A stretch of 64,000 nucleotides of DNA from Eubacteriales bacterium (GTDB lineage Bacteria > Bacillota > Clostridia > Oscillospirales > SIG627), in the NCBI GenBank assembly GCA_045653035.1, contig JAZOLO010000008.1, positions 73,067 to 137,066 of the forward strand, written 5' to 3'. The position numbers and the translations under genes are program-made. This document shows, one piece after another, positions 19,065 to 29,407 of this stretch. A model generated the notes under the pieces. It did no database searches, was not told where the DNA came from, and saw nothing but the letters and a program-made list of their open reading frames with translations. The number at the start of each line of letters is the position of its first letter. Positions within the stretch are counted from its first letter, which is position 1.

Positions 19065-21332
19065 CTATGACATTGATGACATTTTACGCTGTGAAAGTAC
19101 AAGAGAATAGTAAATTCCCTCTTTTTTCATCAGCTCGTCATGAGTACCGAACTCTGCAATTTTGCCCTTGTCAAGTACTATGAGCTTCGTTGCGTTTCGG
19201 AGCGTTGAAAGTCTGTGGGCAATAGCAAAGGTGGTTCGGTCCTTTGTAAGCGAGGATATGGAATCCTGAATAAGACGCTCAGTTTCGGTATCAAGAGCAG
19301 ACGTTGCCTCGTCAAGAATAAGTATCTTGGGGTCACGGAGTATTGCACGGGCGATGGCTATTCGCTGACGTTCACCGCCCGATAAGGTATGTCCCCTCTC
19401 CCCTACCTTAGTGTTATAGCCGTCGGAGAGCTTCATTATAAACTTGTGAGCTCCTGCCATTTTAGCGGCTCTTATTATATCCTCACGGGTGGCTGTCGGG
19501 TCAGCATAAGAAAGGTTGTCGTAAATAGTTCCAGAGAACAGGAAGGTTTCCTGCAAAACTACGCCTATCTGTGAGCGAAGTGAGTGCTGTGAAATTTCCT
19601 TTATATCTATTCCGTCAATAAGTATTTGTCCGTCACGGACGTTGTAAAGACGCATAACGAGATTGATAAGGGTGCTCTTGCCAACACCCGAACGTCCTAC
19701 TATACCAATCATTTCTCCTTTTTTAACGGAGAAGGATATCTTCCGAAGCACGTCCTCGGAATCCTCATAGCCAAAGCTTACGTCACGAAATTCAATGTTT
19801 CCCTCTATTTCATGGTCGATAGCATCAGCTTTGTCCTTTACGTCTATTTCCTCGTCGATGATTTCATATATCTTACGGGTAGATGTTACCATCTGTATAA
19901 ACTGCCTTGGAAGCTTTGTAAGCCAATCAAAGGCATAATATATCTGACCTGTAAAAAAAGTGAACATGGTCATATCACCGAGAGTCATTGTGCCGCCGAG
20001 AATTTTGTTTCCAACGTAAGCAAGTACTATATAGTTACCTATACCTATAAGATAGGTCATATATGGTACAATAAGAGCCCACGTAATTTCGTTTTTCTCG
20101 GATATTTCGGCTACCTTCTTTATTGCCTTATCGTAACGTTTTATTTCTCTTTTTTCCATACCGAAAACTTTAACTACACGAATACCTTGAAAAACATCGT
20201 GAAGTACGGTGTTGGAATTAGATTCCATATACCATTGACGATGATAGAGGCGGTGAGTAAAACGCCACACCTTACGTACAACGTACATGATTATGGGAGC
20301 AGGCACGAGTACCAGAAATGCCAGTTTCCAATCGTAAATGAACATGGCAGTTCCTACAATGAGTATGATGAGCGCATTTTCTGCAAATTGAGGAAGTGCG
20401 TGTACAAAGAAGTTGGAAATTACATTTGTATCTCCTGTAATTCTGTGGATAAGCTCACCTGAAGTTCTTCTTGCAACAGCAGATACCGATAAAAGCTGAA
20501 TTTTTTCAAACAGAGCTGACCTGAGCTTCTTTATCAGCTTGTTATTCACCATCATCAGTATGTTGGTTCTTACAATTTCAAGAAACTTATAAAACGCCTG
20601 TAAAAGGAAGATTGAAAAAGAGATTACCACAAGCCCAAGAAGCAGATTTTCCTTCGGCTCTGTTATGGTTATGTAATCGTCTACCATCTTCTTTTGAAGT
20701 ACGGGATTTATTACCTTTACAAAGCTTAAAAGTCCAAAAAATGCAAATGAAACTATAAGCATCGGTAGCTCTTTTTTTACCATGCTGAAAAGTCTTGTAA
20801 ACATAGACTTTGTATTTGCACAGTGAGAGCACACCGTCATACCTTTTTTGAAGGGACGGTGGCACTTGGGGCAAACTCTCATATCAGGCTCGAATACCAC
20901 ATTGAAATCGGGGTTGTCCTGATTGTCAAGCATGGCATTAAGAGAACGGGAAGCATCAATAACGAGATTGGCAAGTGACATATCCGAGCGGCAAAGCTCT
21001 ACCGTTTTGTTATAATCGGCAGAAACTGCCTCCAAGGCTACGTTTCCTACGTTACGTCTTACCTCAAAGGAAGTATAGTCTGATATATTGAAGACCTCCA
21101 CTATGGTCGGTGATTTATCCTCGTTATCATCAGCTTCCGTTGCACGGAAAATAAAGTCCTGCGTTACGCCTAGAATGCCCAGTCTTGTGCGGTTTTCATT
21201 GTCAAGATTAAAGTTGAACTTGAAAAGCAGTGAGGTTTCGTCAACCTTTTCCCGAAGTCCGTCAAGGAGATGTGTGCGTCTTTTGTTACGCTTGTCTCTG
21301 ATGCTTTTTCTGAGATTTTCTGTTTTACTCAT
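19065..21332 (-). CDS. ABC exporter half-transporter (TMD-NBD) with ~190 aa N-terminal cytoplasmic extension containing a CxxC..CxxC zinc ribbon
   Basis: Walker A GRSGVGKST, signature LSGGERQR and Walker B ILILDEA are present. The N-terminal extension carries CPKCHRPFKKGMTVCSHC. Confidence 0.85.
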   Translation of the reverse strand: MSKTENLRKSIRDKRNKRRTHLLDGLREKVDETSLLFKFNFNLDNENRTRLGILGVTQDFIFRATEADDNEDKSPTIVEVFNISDYTSFEVRRNVGNVALEAVSADYNKTVELCRSDMSLANLVIDASRSLNAMLDNQDNPDFNVVFEPDMRVCPKCHRPFKKGMTVCSHCANTKSMFTRLFSMVKKELPMLIVSFAFFGLLSFVKVINPVLQKKMVDDYITITEPKENLLLGLVVISFSIFLLQAFYKFLEIVRTNILMMVNNKLIKKLRSALFEKIQLLSVSAVARRTSGELIHRITGDTNVISNFFVHALPQFAENALIILIVGTAMFIYDWKLAFLVLVPAPIIMYVVRKVWRFTHRLYHRQWYMESNSNTVLHDVFQGIRVVKVFGMEKREIKRYDKAIKKVAEISEKNEITWALIVPYMTYLIGIGNYIVLAYVGNKILGGTMTLGDMTMFTFFTGQIYYAFDWLTKLPRQFIQMVTSTRKIYEIIDEEIDVKDKADAIDHEIEGNIEFRDVSFGYEDSEDVLRKISFSVKKGEMIGIVGRSGVGKSTLINLVMRLYNVRDGQILIDGIDIKEISQHSLRSQIGVVLQETFLFSGTIYDNLSYADPTATREDIIRAAKMAGAHKFIMKLSDGYNTKVGERGHTLSGGERQRIAIARAILRDPKILILDEATSALDTETERLIQDSISSLTKDRTTFAIAHRLSTLRNATKLIVLDKGKIAEFGTHDELMKKEGIYYSLVLSQRKMSSMS

Positions 21333-21853
21333 AAATACAGCTCAATCCTTCTGAAGCTTGCCTTGTCAAGAGATGACAAGCTTTCTATTTCATATCTGTT
21401 AGCGTCTTCATCTATTACTATTGCACGGTCGTCACCTATGTGTATAATACTCTTGAAGGTATCCTTCAAGGACATTACCCTCATTCCGTTTGGCGTTTCC
21501 ACAGTCCACGTAGAGTTGCCAAAGCGTTCTTCAACATTCAGTATTTTAAGTATTTTGGCTGCAAAATATTTCTTTTCAAGCTCGTGCCTAATAATATCCC
21601 TTGCCTTTTCGTCAAAGTCCTCAAGAGTTCGTATTATTCCTATTTCATTCTGCTCTTCATCGCTAACCGAAATAAATTCAAAAGGAAGGTCGTGAGGAAA
21701 AACACGGCTGAGGAACACTCTTTTGAATTCTTCCGCACCATCAAGCTTTGCTGCAACAAATCCGTTTTCGGTTGCCTTAAATTCAGCGTTTTGGGGATTT
21801 ATATAATATAGCTCGGCACTTTGCTTTATGCCTATTCTTTCATTGTTTTTCAT
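21329..21853 (-). CDS. DUF1854-like small cytoplasmic protein, translationally coupled between two ABC genes
   Basis: It has a 4 nt ATGA overlap with the downstream ABC gene and a 2 nt gap to the upstream one. The DUF1854 assignment is from memory of this family's ABC association. Confidence 0.55.
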   Translation of the reverse strand: MKNNERIGIKQSAELYYINPQNAEFKATENGFVAAKLDGAEEFKRVFLSRVFPHDLPFEFISVSDEEQNEIGIIRTLEDFDEKARDIIRHELEKKYFAAKILKILNVEERFGNSTWTVETPNGMRVMSLKDTFKSIIHIGDDRAIVIDEDANRYEIESLSSLDKASFRRIELYL

Positions 21854-21855
21854 AA

Positions 21856-24225
21856 TTATTCCTCCACTCCGATAAGCTTAAGTGCATCGAGCTGCATCTT
21901 ATAAAGGGTATAATAATCGCCCTTCTTTTCAATGAGCTCACGATGTGTGCCCGTTTCGGTCATCCTTCCGTCTTCTATAACTATAAGCCTGTTCGCATCC
22001 TTAAGAGTTGACAAACGGTGAGCTATAATAATCGTAGTTTTTCCTCTTGTAATATCCGTTATAGCCTTTTGTATCTTCAACTCCGTTGCAGTATCCATTG
22101 CCGCTGTTGCTTCGTCAAGAATTAGTATCTTGGGATTTTTGAGGATTGCACGGGCTATTGATATACGCTGACACTCACCGCCCGAAAGTCCTTTGTTTCC
22201 AAAGCCTATCTGGGTGTTGTAACCGTCAGGATATTTTACAATAAAGTCGTGTGCTCCTGCCGCCTTTGCCGCCTCAACCACCTCTTCGTCGGTTGCATCG
22301 GGTGCGGCATATCTTATGTTATCTGCAATAGAACCGCGGAAAAGATAGGTTTCCTGTGATACGATTGCAATATTATCACGGATAAAGCTCATGGGAAGGT
22401 CTTTTACGTTGTTGCCGTCAACAAGCACCGCACCTTCGGTAACGTCGTAAAGTCTCATAATAAGATTTACAATAGTTGACTTACCTGCACCAGTGTGACC
22501 GACAATACCGATTGTTTCTCCCGCCTCAACCTTAAAGCTTACTTTTTCAATTACACGGCGGTTTTTAACGTATTCAAAGGAAACATCCTTAAATTCTACT
22601 GTACCATCAAGCTTTTCGGGAATGATAGGGTCGGGTCTGTCCATTACGTCGGGCACTGTATCCATTATCTCAAAAAGGCGGTGTGCGGCGTTCATACATT
22701 CAGAAAGCTGCTGACCGAATCGATTAAAGAAATCAAGCGGTGCATAAGCCATGGCAAGCATGGAAATATAAGTTACAAGAGTACCATAGGTGAATATTTC
22801 GTTTCCGCTGATAGCCCCCTTTGCAACCATGTATCCGCCGAAAGCCCATGCGGAATATGTGCCAACCTCAAGAATAAGAGTTACCGGATATATAAACCAG
22901 TTGGTCTTTACAGTTCCGTCATAAACAGAGTCCGCATAAGCGTAGCTTCTTTTATCAAACTTCTTTTGTTCAAGGTCTTCATGGGAAAATGCCTTTACAA
23001 CTCGGTTACCTGTAAGTACGTCAGCAACAAAGGAGTTAAAAATTCTGGATCTGGAATAATTACGGGCATGGATTTTTCTGGCAAATCGGTAAAGTGAGCG
23101 TCTCACTGCTACGTAAATAGGAATGGGAAGCATTACAATAAGAGACACCTGCCAGTTCATGACAAAGAGTAATATAACTATTGCTACAAACTGAACGATG
23201 TTGGTTACGAAATAAGGAAGTCCGTCAACAAAGAACCAATAAAGAGAACGGGAGTCCTGATTTATCTGAGTCATAAGACCGCCCGTCTGTCTCGATGAGA
23301 AGAATGAAAGGGACAGTCTTTGGATAGATTCAAAAATCGTCTTTTTAAGGTCGTAAACGACCCTTGCCGAAATTTTTGCGGTAACAATAGAATGTACCAT
23401 CATAAATACAGTTGAGAGAAGTTTAGTTCCTGCAATGATTATTATAGCCTTTGCTATCTGTCCGTAAAAGGAGCCCTTAAGGTTAAGCACTTCGTCGATA
23501 AAGAAAGCACCGCTTACGTACGGCGAGAGAAGTCCGAGGAGTGACGAAAGCACAACCATTATAAGAACTATAACCGTATACCATTTATATTTCAGAAAAA
23601 ACGGTAAAAGCTTTGATATAAGCCGTTTGGTTTCTCCGCTTTTAATACCTTTTAAAAAGCTGTTTTTTCCGTCACCGTGCGGAGGTCTTGGAGAAGGAGT
23701 TCCCGATATGCCGTCTCCTTTACGCATGTCAGGCCCGCCCTCTATTTCTCTTTTTCCAAAAATAATTTCTTCCTGTGTTACGGTGTCGTCGGTTATTCCG
23801 TGGCAAAGAGTATATATGCCGTCCTTAACGGTGTTGGAAAAATAAAGAACAAGTGTATCAAGTCCACTGTTTTTATCCCTTGCTACTACTCTTCCGCCTG
23901 ACAAAAACTCCTCTAAATGGAAATTCTCATAGTCTTCAAGTGAATAAGTTCTGAAGCTTCGTTCGACAATATCAGTCTTTGTTTTTTTCATATCAAAGAC
24001 ATTATGCGTCTTACGGGGAAAGATACCGCCAAGTGTTTCAAGAACAACAAGCTCAGTATCGGTAAGAACTGCAAAGCAGTCACAAAACTCCATTTCAATA
24101 CCCATATCGGACTTACAAAAAAGTCGTATGTTGGCTTCGGGTATACCTTTTTCCAAAAGCTTATTGATAATATGAAAAGGCAAATTCATACTATCTTTTT
24201 GCCTTTCATTCATTCTTTCCATCAT
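21856..24225 (-). CDS. ABC exporter half-transporter (TMD-NBD) with ~235 aa N-terminal cytoplasmic extension
   Basis: Walker A GHTGAGKST, signature LSGGECQR and Walker B ILILDEA are present. The start was set at ATGATGGAAAGA (AGAGG RBS). The longer ORF-track start would abut the divergent gpmI. Confidence 0.8.
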   Translation of the reverse strand: MMERMNERQKDSMNLPFHIINKLLEKGIPEANIRLFCKSDMGIEMEFCDCFAVLTDTELVVLETLGGIFPRKTHNVFDMKKTKTDIVERSFRTYSLEDYENFHLEEFLSGGRVVARDKNSGLDTLVLYFSNTVKDGIYTLCHGITDDTVTQEEIIFGKREIEGGPDMRKGDGISGTPSPRPPHGDGKNSFLKGIKSGETKRLISKLLPFFLKYKWYTVIVLIMVVLSSLLGLLSPYVSGAFFIDEVLNLKGSFYGQIAKAIIIIAGTKLLSTVFMMVHSIVTAKISARVVYDLKKTIFESIQRLSLSFFSSRQTGGLMTQINQDSRSLYWFFVDGLPYFVTNIVQFVAIVILLFVMNWQVSLIVMLPIPIYVAVRRSLYRFARKIHARNYSRSRIFNSFVADVLTGNRVVKAFSHEDLEQKKFDKRSYAYADSVYDGTVKTNWFIYPVTLILEVGTYSAWAFGGYMVAKGAISGNEIFTYGTLVTYISMLAMAYAPLDFFNRFGQQLSECMNAAHRLFEIMDTVPDVMDRPDPIIPEKLDGTVEFKDVSFEYVKNRRVIEKVSFKVEAGETIGIVGHTGAGKSTIVNLIMRLYDVTEGAVLVDGNNVKDLPMSFIRDNIAIVSQETYLFRGSIADNIRYAAPDATDEEVVEAAKAAGAHDFIVKYPDGYNTQIGFGNKGLSGGECQRISIARAILKNPKILILDEATAAMDTATELKIQKAITDITRGKTTIIIAHRLSTLKDANRLIVIEDGRMTETGTHRELIEKKGDYYTLYKMQLDALKLIGVEE

Positions 24226-24398
24226 GCAATATACCTCTTTTTTGCGGAACATTCTCTTTAACTGTAATATATCACATGAAAAACCGCGAGTCAATAGAAA
24301 TACACCAAATATCCGCATATTTTTTTCTTTCCAAAAGCTTGTCTTTTTTTGTAATATATGGTAAACTAAAATATATGCTATAAACAAGGAGTAAAGCC

Positions 24399-26039
24399 AT
24401 GCTTAAAAAACTTAATTCAAGACCTACAAAGGGTCCTCTTACACTTATTGTTATGGACGGTGTCGGTTTAGGAAAAGAAAACGAAGGAAATGCCGTTTTC
24501 TCCGCACGCACACCAAATCTTGATATGCTCATGAAAAACTACCCTACCCTTTCGCTCAAGGCTCACGGTACTGCCGTTGGTCTTCCTTCTGACGATGATA
24601 TGGGCAACTCCGAGGTAGGACACAACGCCATAGGTGCAGGACAGGTTTATGCACAGGGTGCAAAGCTTGTTTCCTCCTCCATTGAATCTGGAAAAATTTT
24701 CACTTCCGATACATGGAAAGCTCTTACCTCAAACTGCAAAGAGAACGACTCAACTCTTCACTTCCTCGGTCTTTTCTCCGACGGAAACGTTCATTCTCAC
24801 ATTGACCATCTTAAGGCACTTGTAGAAAGAGCAAAAGCAGATAATATTACTAAAGTAAGAGTCCATATTCTTCTTGACGGACGCGACGTTGGTGAAACCT
24901 CAGCTCTTGACTACGTTCTTCCTTTTGAAGAATTTCTCGACACTCTCCGCGATACTTCCTTTGATGTTAAGATTGCATCAGGTGGCGGAAGAATGAATAT
25001 CACCATGGACCGTTATGAAGCAAACTGGGATATGGTAAAGCGCGGTTGGGACATTCACGTGCTTGGCGAAGGCAGACAGTTCTCCACCGCAAAGGAAGCT
25101 ATCGAAACCTACAGAAGCGAGGGCGGATACGTTGACCAGGACCTTCCAGGATTTGTTATTGCTGAAAACGGCAAGGCTGTGGGTACTGTAAACGACGGCG
25201 ACAGTGTTGTATTCTTCAACTTCAGAGGTGACCGTTCTATAGAAATTTCCCGTGCATTTGAGGAGGAAAGCTTTGATAAATTTGACAGAGTACGTTTCCC
25301 CAAGACAGTTTTCGCAGGTATGCTTGAATACGACGGTGACCTTCACATTCCTTCAAGATATCTTGTTTCTCCTCCCGAAATTACAGATACTCTCGGCGAG
25401 TACCTTGCAGGTGAGAAAATCACTCAGCTCGCACTTTCTGAGACTCAGAAGTATGGTCACGTAACTTATTTCTGGAACGGAAACAAATCGGGTAAGTACG
25501 ATGAAGAAACCGAAACTTATATAGAGATTCCCTCTGACGTTGTTCCCTTCGAGCAGAGGCCCTGGATGAAATGCGCTGAAATCACAGATACTCTCATTGA
25601 GGCACTTGAAAGCGGAAAGTACGAATTTATAAGAGTAAACTTTCCCAATGGTGACATGGTAGGTCATACAGGAAGCCTTGAAGCTACTATCGTTTCTATG
25701 GAAGCTCTCGACCTTTGTATCGGCAGAATTCTCAAGGCGGCAGACAAAATAGGTGCAACAGTACTCTTTACTGCTGACCACGGAAATGCTGATGAGTGTC
25801 TTGAAAAGGACAAGAAGACAGGCGGATTTGCTATTGACAAGGAAACAGGTCTCCCCAAGGCAAAGACAAGCCATACACTCAATCCCGTTCCTTTCATTTT
25901 CTATGACAAGAACAATGACGGCAAATATGACGTAATTGAAGGAAGCTATGGTCTTTCAAACATTGCGGCAACAGTTGCAAATCTTCTGGGCTACGAAGCA
26001 CCTGAAAAATGGGATGCAAGTATGATAAAGGTTAAGTAA
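24399..26039 (+). CDS. gpmI: 2,3-bisphosphoglycerate-independent phosphoglycerate mutase
   Basis: LIVMDGVGL, MGNSEVGHNAIGAG and ADHGNA motifs are present. Confidence 0.9.
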   Translation: MLKKLNSRPTKGPLTLIVMDGVGLGKENEGNAVFSARTPNLDMLMKNYPTLSLKAHGTAVGLPSDDDMGNSEVGHNAIGAGQVYAQGAKLVSSSIESGKIFTSDTWKALTSNCKENDSTLHFLGLFSDGNVHSHIDHLKALVERAKADNITKVRVHILLDGRDVGETSALDYVLPFEEFLDTLRDTSFDVKIASGGGRMNITMDRYEANWDMVKRGWDIHVLGEGRQFSTAKEAIETYRSEGGYVDQDLPGFVIAENGKAVGTVNDGDSVVFFNFRGDRSIEISRAFEEESFDKFDRVRFPKTVFAGMLEYDGDLHIPSRYLVSPPEITDTLGEYLAGEKITQLALSETQKYGHVTYFWNGNKSGKYDEETETYIEIPSDVVPFEQRPWMKCAEITDTLIEALESGKYEFIRVNFPNGDMVGHTGSLEATIVSMEALDLCIGRILKAADKIGATVLFTADHGNADECLEKDKKTGGFAIDKETGLPKAKTSHTLNPVPFIFYDKNNDGKYDVIEGSYGLSNIAATVANLLGYEAPEKWDASMIKVK

Positions 26040-26048
26040 GAAAAAGTA

Positions 26049-26084
26049 AAAATCCTGAACGCTTAAGTGTTCAGGATTTTTGTT
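26049..26084 (+). terminator. Intrinsic terminator after gpmI
   Basis: aaaatcctgaac-N8-gttcaggatttt plus a T run. Confidence 0.85.
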
Positions 26085-26102
26085 TAACTATCTTTATATT
26101 CT

Positions 26103-26702
26103 TTATATTTTGCCGTTTTGTACCCATTCGGGGATTGATTCAAATGTTAAGGTTTTATCTTTATACGGAAAAGTAAGCTTTGTTGAATAGAGCATAGGAG
26201 ATAACACCTTGTCCCTTGCACCGTATTTTCTGTCTCCTACAAGCGGAAATCCGCGGGACGCAAACTGTACTCTTATCTGGTGGCTTCTTCCTGTATCAAG
26301 CTTTATTCTCACAAGAGAAGTGTCCCCCTCGCTGAGTCTTGTATATTCAAGCCTTGCCTTTTTTACGCCTTTGCGTTCACTCTTTACCACAAACACCTTG
26401 TTCTTAGAGCTATCCTTGAATAAAAGGTCTTCAAAAATACCCTCTTTATCGGGAGTTCCGTGAACACACGCTATGTATTCCTTTATCATTTTGCCTTCAG
26501 TTATTGCACGGGATAGTTCTGCGGCAGCTTTTTTGTTTCTGGAATACACCATAACACCGCCAACGTTCATGTCCAGTCGGTGTACTGTAAAGAAGTCTCC
26601 ACCGAGTGTCTCACAAAGCTTTTTGGGAACATCTTTTTCACTGTCAAGTCCCACAGGCTTTACAATAACCGCTAAATCTGAATTTTCAAAAATAATTTCC
26701 AA
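26103..26702 (-). CDS. RluA-family pseudouridine synthase (short form)
   Basis: The HRLDMNVGG catalytic motif is present. Confidence 0.75.
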   Translation of the reverse strand: MEIIFENSDLAVIVKPVGLDSEKDVPKKLCETLGGDFFTVHRLDMNVGGVMVYSRNKKAAAELSRAITEGKMIKEYIACVHGTPDKEGIFEDLLFKDSSKNKVFVVKSERKGVKKARLEYTRLSEGDTSLVRIKLDTGRSHQIRVQFASRGFPLVGDRKYGARDKVLSPMLYSTKLTFPYKDKTLTFESIPEWVQNGKI

Positions 26703-26704
26703 AA

Positions 26705-27718
26705 TTATTCCTCAGGGTATCCTATTTCGCTTTCAAATTCCATCATCTTATCAAAAATTCTAAGTCCGTCGATAGAATTCTTTTCAGTAAGGTTACATCC
26801 TGCAGCGGCACCCGCTACTCGAAGTGAGTATTCAGGGTCGAACTCCTTGTAAAGAGAATAGAGCATTCCTGCACAGAAGGCATCTCCTGCACCTACCTTG
26901 CCCTTTATCATATCCTTTGTAAGGTTAAGCGCTGCTTGATAGTAAATAGCACTTCCCTTTCTTGCAAACCAGCCGCCCTCAGGTGCGTGAATACACACTA
27001 CCTCGCGTACACCCTTTTCAAAGAGTGCATTTATAACCTGCTTCATGGCACTCTGTGAAATCTTGCCTTCCTCGTCTCTTACCTTTATTCCTGTAACCTG
27101 TGCCGCTTCTACCTCATTGAAAATAAGATAGTCGCAATACTTAAGACAAGGTGTTACAATCCTTGAAAAGCGGTCACCCTCTTCACTTACTACGTCAATA
27201 GAGGTCTTTATGCCAAGACTGCTTACCTTTGCAAGTGTTCTTGCCATCACAGTTCCGTACTCGTCATCGGGCTTATCAAACTCGTCAAGAAGTAGAGCGT
27301 AGCCTATATGAAAAATATCTACGTTGAGCTTGTCAAAATCAATATCGTTCATAGAAAACTTGGCATTAGCACCTCTCGCCTGAAAGAAGGTTCTTTCGTT
27401 TGACGACATATCTGACATTACGTCTGTGTAAGAAGTATCAGCGTCATTTACGGTGATAACTCCGTTTATATCAACTCCAAGGTCGGAAAGAACAGCTTTA
27501 GTATATTCTCCGTCAGCGTCGTTGCCTACCTTGCCAAGTACCACAACGTTAATCTCAGGGTCAATTTTAGCAATATCTGCCGCGGTATTTCCTGCACATC
27601 CGCCGATGCACTTGGAGGTCTCTCTTATATTTGTAAGCATTCCGGGAGCAGGGTAATTATCAATAAGTTTTACGTGGTCAACAATAATGTTTCCGACTAT
27701 TGCAATGCCTTTATTCAT
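26705..27718 (-). CDS. PfkB-family carbohydrate/nucleoside kinase
   Basis: An N-terminal GG motif and the C-terminal GAGDAFCAG motif are present. Confidence 0.75.
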   Translation of the reverse strand: MNKGIAIVGNIIVDHVKLIDNYPAPGMLTNIRETSKCIGGCAGNTAADIAKIDPEINVVVLGKVGNDADGEYTKAVLSDLGVDINGVITVNDADTSYTDVMSDMSSNERTFFQARGANAKFSMNDIDFDKLNVDIFHIGYALLLDEFDKPDDEYGTVMARTLAKVSSLGIKTSIDVVSEEGDRFSRIVTPCLKYCDYLIFNEVEAAQVTGIKVRDEEGKISQSAMKQVINALFEKGVREVVCIHAPEGGWFARKGSAIYYQAALNLTKDMIKGKVGAGDAFCAGMLYSLYKEFDPEYSLRVAGAAAGCNLTEKNSIDGLRIFDKMMEFESEIGYPEE

Positions 27719-27789
27719 AGTAAATCCTCACTTTTATATTATACTCAATTAAGTATATCACACTTTGTAATTTTTTGCAAGTATTTGTA

Positions 27790-28992
27790 TTATTTGCAGT
27801 AAAAGGTTCTCTTTAAAATTGCAAAAAACGTGTCAAGGACCCCTGCCTTCGGGATATCCTCCCCTACCCTTACATCCGTTTCAAAAAGAGTGGTATCTCC
27901 TATATTATATTTGATTTTTCCTATTACGTCACCCTTTTTAAGAGGTGCTTTCAAATCCTTTTCTATATCTATCGTCTCTTCAATTTTGTTTTCTTCTCCC
28001 TTTTTAACAAGGTATGGTGTTATGATAGTATCAAGCTTTACCGTGTCCTTTTTACCGCCCCATACTCGTACAGGCTCTAGTTTTTCAGTCTTTGGATAGT
28101 ATACCGAATAATTAGAAAAGCCATAGTCGAGAAGCCCCTTTGCGGCAGAAAAGCGCTCAGCACTTGTGGGTGCACCCAGAACTACTGCAATAAGCTTTAC
28201 TCCGTTTCTTTCAGCCGTTGCAGAAAGGCAAAATCTTGCCTTTGAGGTAGATCCTGTTTTAAGCCCTGTAGCACCGTCATAAAAGCGAATTAGCTTATTG
28301 GTGTTGGAAAGTCCGAATTTTCCGTCGCGTATGGAGTCCATCCAAATAGTAGTATATTCAAAAATGCGAGGGTGCGAAATTAGTGCTCTTGACATAATTG
28401 CAACGTCTCTTGCTGAAGAATAGTGCATTTCCTTATCGTCAAGACCCGTACAGTTTACAAATTCCGTTGAGGTCATTTGAAGCTCTTTGCATTTTTGGTT
28501 CATTAGCTTTACAAACTCACCCTCACTTCCTGCAAGGTGCTCTGCCAGTGCTACCGCACCGTCGTTACAGCTTGAAACAGATACTGCTTTGAGCATATCG
28601 TGTACGCTCATTTTCTCTCCTGCCTCCATAAATGCCTGACTTCCGCCCATTGAAGCGGCGTTTTCGCTGACAGTAACTATATCGTCAAGTTTAATACGCT
28701 CATCGTCAAGAGCTTCCATTACAAGAAGCATGGTCATTACTTTCGTAACCGAGGCAATGGGAAGCTTTTCATCGGGATTATGTTCAAAGAGTACCTCTCC
28801 GCTTTCTGCCTCCATAAGTATAGCGCCTGCTGCACAGTCGGCAAGGGCATCCACTGATATTGCATCATTTACACCAAGTGTATAATCGTCAGCTGAAAAA
28901 ACAGGTCTTTCGTCCTCAGCTAAGTCAGCTAAAGCTGTTAGGGCAGGCAAAAAGCACAAAAGACATAAAAAAAGTGCAATAAATCTTTTCAT
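27790..28992 (-). CDS. D-alanyl-D-alanine carboxypeptidase (S11, PBP5 type)
   Basis: SVTK, SCND and KTGST motifs plus a signal peptide are present. The start was set at the second ATG, which has an AAGGAG RBS. Confidence 0.8.
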   Translation of the reverse strand: MKRFIALFLCLLCFLPALTALADLAEDERPVFSADDYTLGVNDAISVDALADCAAGAILMEAESGEVLFEHNPDEKLPIASVTKVMTMLLVMEALDDERIKLDDIVTVSENAASMGGSQAFMEAGEKMSVHDMLKAVSVSSCNDGAVALAEHLAGSEGEFVKLMNQKCKELQMTSTEFVNCTGLDDKEMHYSSARDVAIMSRALISHPRIFEYTTIWMDSIRDGKFGLSNTNKLIRFYDGATGLKTGSTSKARFCLSATAERNGVKLIAVVLGAPTSAERFSAAKGLLDYGFSNYSVYYPKTEKLEPVRVWGGKKDTVKLDTIITPYLVKKGEENKIEETIDIEKDLKAPLKKGDVIGKIKYNIGDTTLFETDVRVGEDIPKAGVLDTFFAILKRTFYCK

Positions 28993-29043
28993 AAAAGTTC
29001 TCCTTCGTTTTTTATACATTTTATGCTGGAAGGAAGAGTTTAT

Positions 29044-29078
29044 GAAAAAAATAGAGTTGTTACCGAAGTAACAACTCT
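29044..29078 (-). terminator. Intrinsic terminator after rpmB
   Basis: agagttgttac-N4-gtaacaactct followed by ATTTTTTTC on the minus strand. Confidence 0.8.
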
Positions 29079-29096
29079 TTTCTCTTTCTTTGAAAG

Positions 29097-29282
29097 TTAC
29101 GCTCTTGTAACTGCATCAGAACGCAGGCAACGAGAACAAACGTACATACTCTTATGAGTACCGTTTACAACTGCCTTTACCTTTCTGATATTAGGCTTCC
29201 AAGTGCGATTTGTCTTTCTGTTAGAGTGTGATACCTTCAAACCGAAAGCAACGCTCTTTCCGCAGATTTCACATTTTGCCAT
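29097..29282 (-). CDS. rpmB: 50S ribosomal protein L28
   Basis: MAKCEICGK...SHSNRKTNRTWKPN is typical of L28. Confidence 0.9.
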   Translation of the reverse strand: MAKCEICGKSVAFGLKVSHSNRKTNRTWKPNIRKVKAVVNGTHKSMYVCSRCLRSDAVTRA

Positions 29283-29407
29283 TTTGCAGACACCTCCTAT
29301 ATGAAGCCGTTTAGCAAAACGGCATCTCGTTTTTCGTCAACATTTGCAATTATAACACAAGTATTTAATAAAATCAAGTATTTCTTGCAAAATTTATTAT
29401 CTTTTTA

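Noticed and set aside
19626-20462. 278 aa ORF on the plus strand
   Set aside because: It is antisense to the ABC transporter, which has unambiguous Walker and signature motifs. It has no protein-like features.
24226-24387. N-terminal 54 codons of the ORF-track model for the first ABC gene (and similar long starts at 12083, 15508, 16724, 29019, 40736, 45066, 56880)
   Set aside because: The longer starts run into neighbouring genes, riboswitches or divergent promoters and lack an RBS. Internal starts with good Shine-Dalgarno sequences were preferred.
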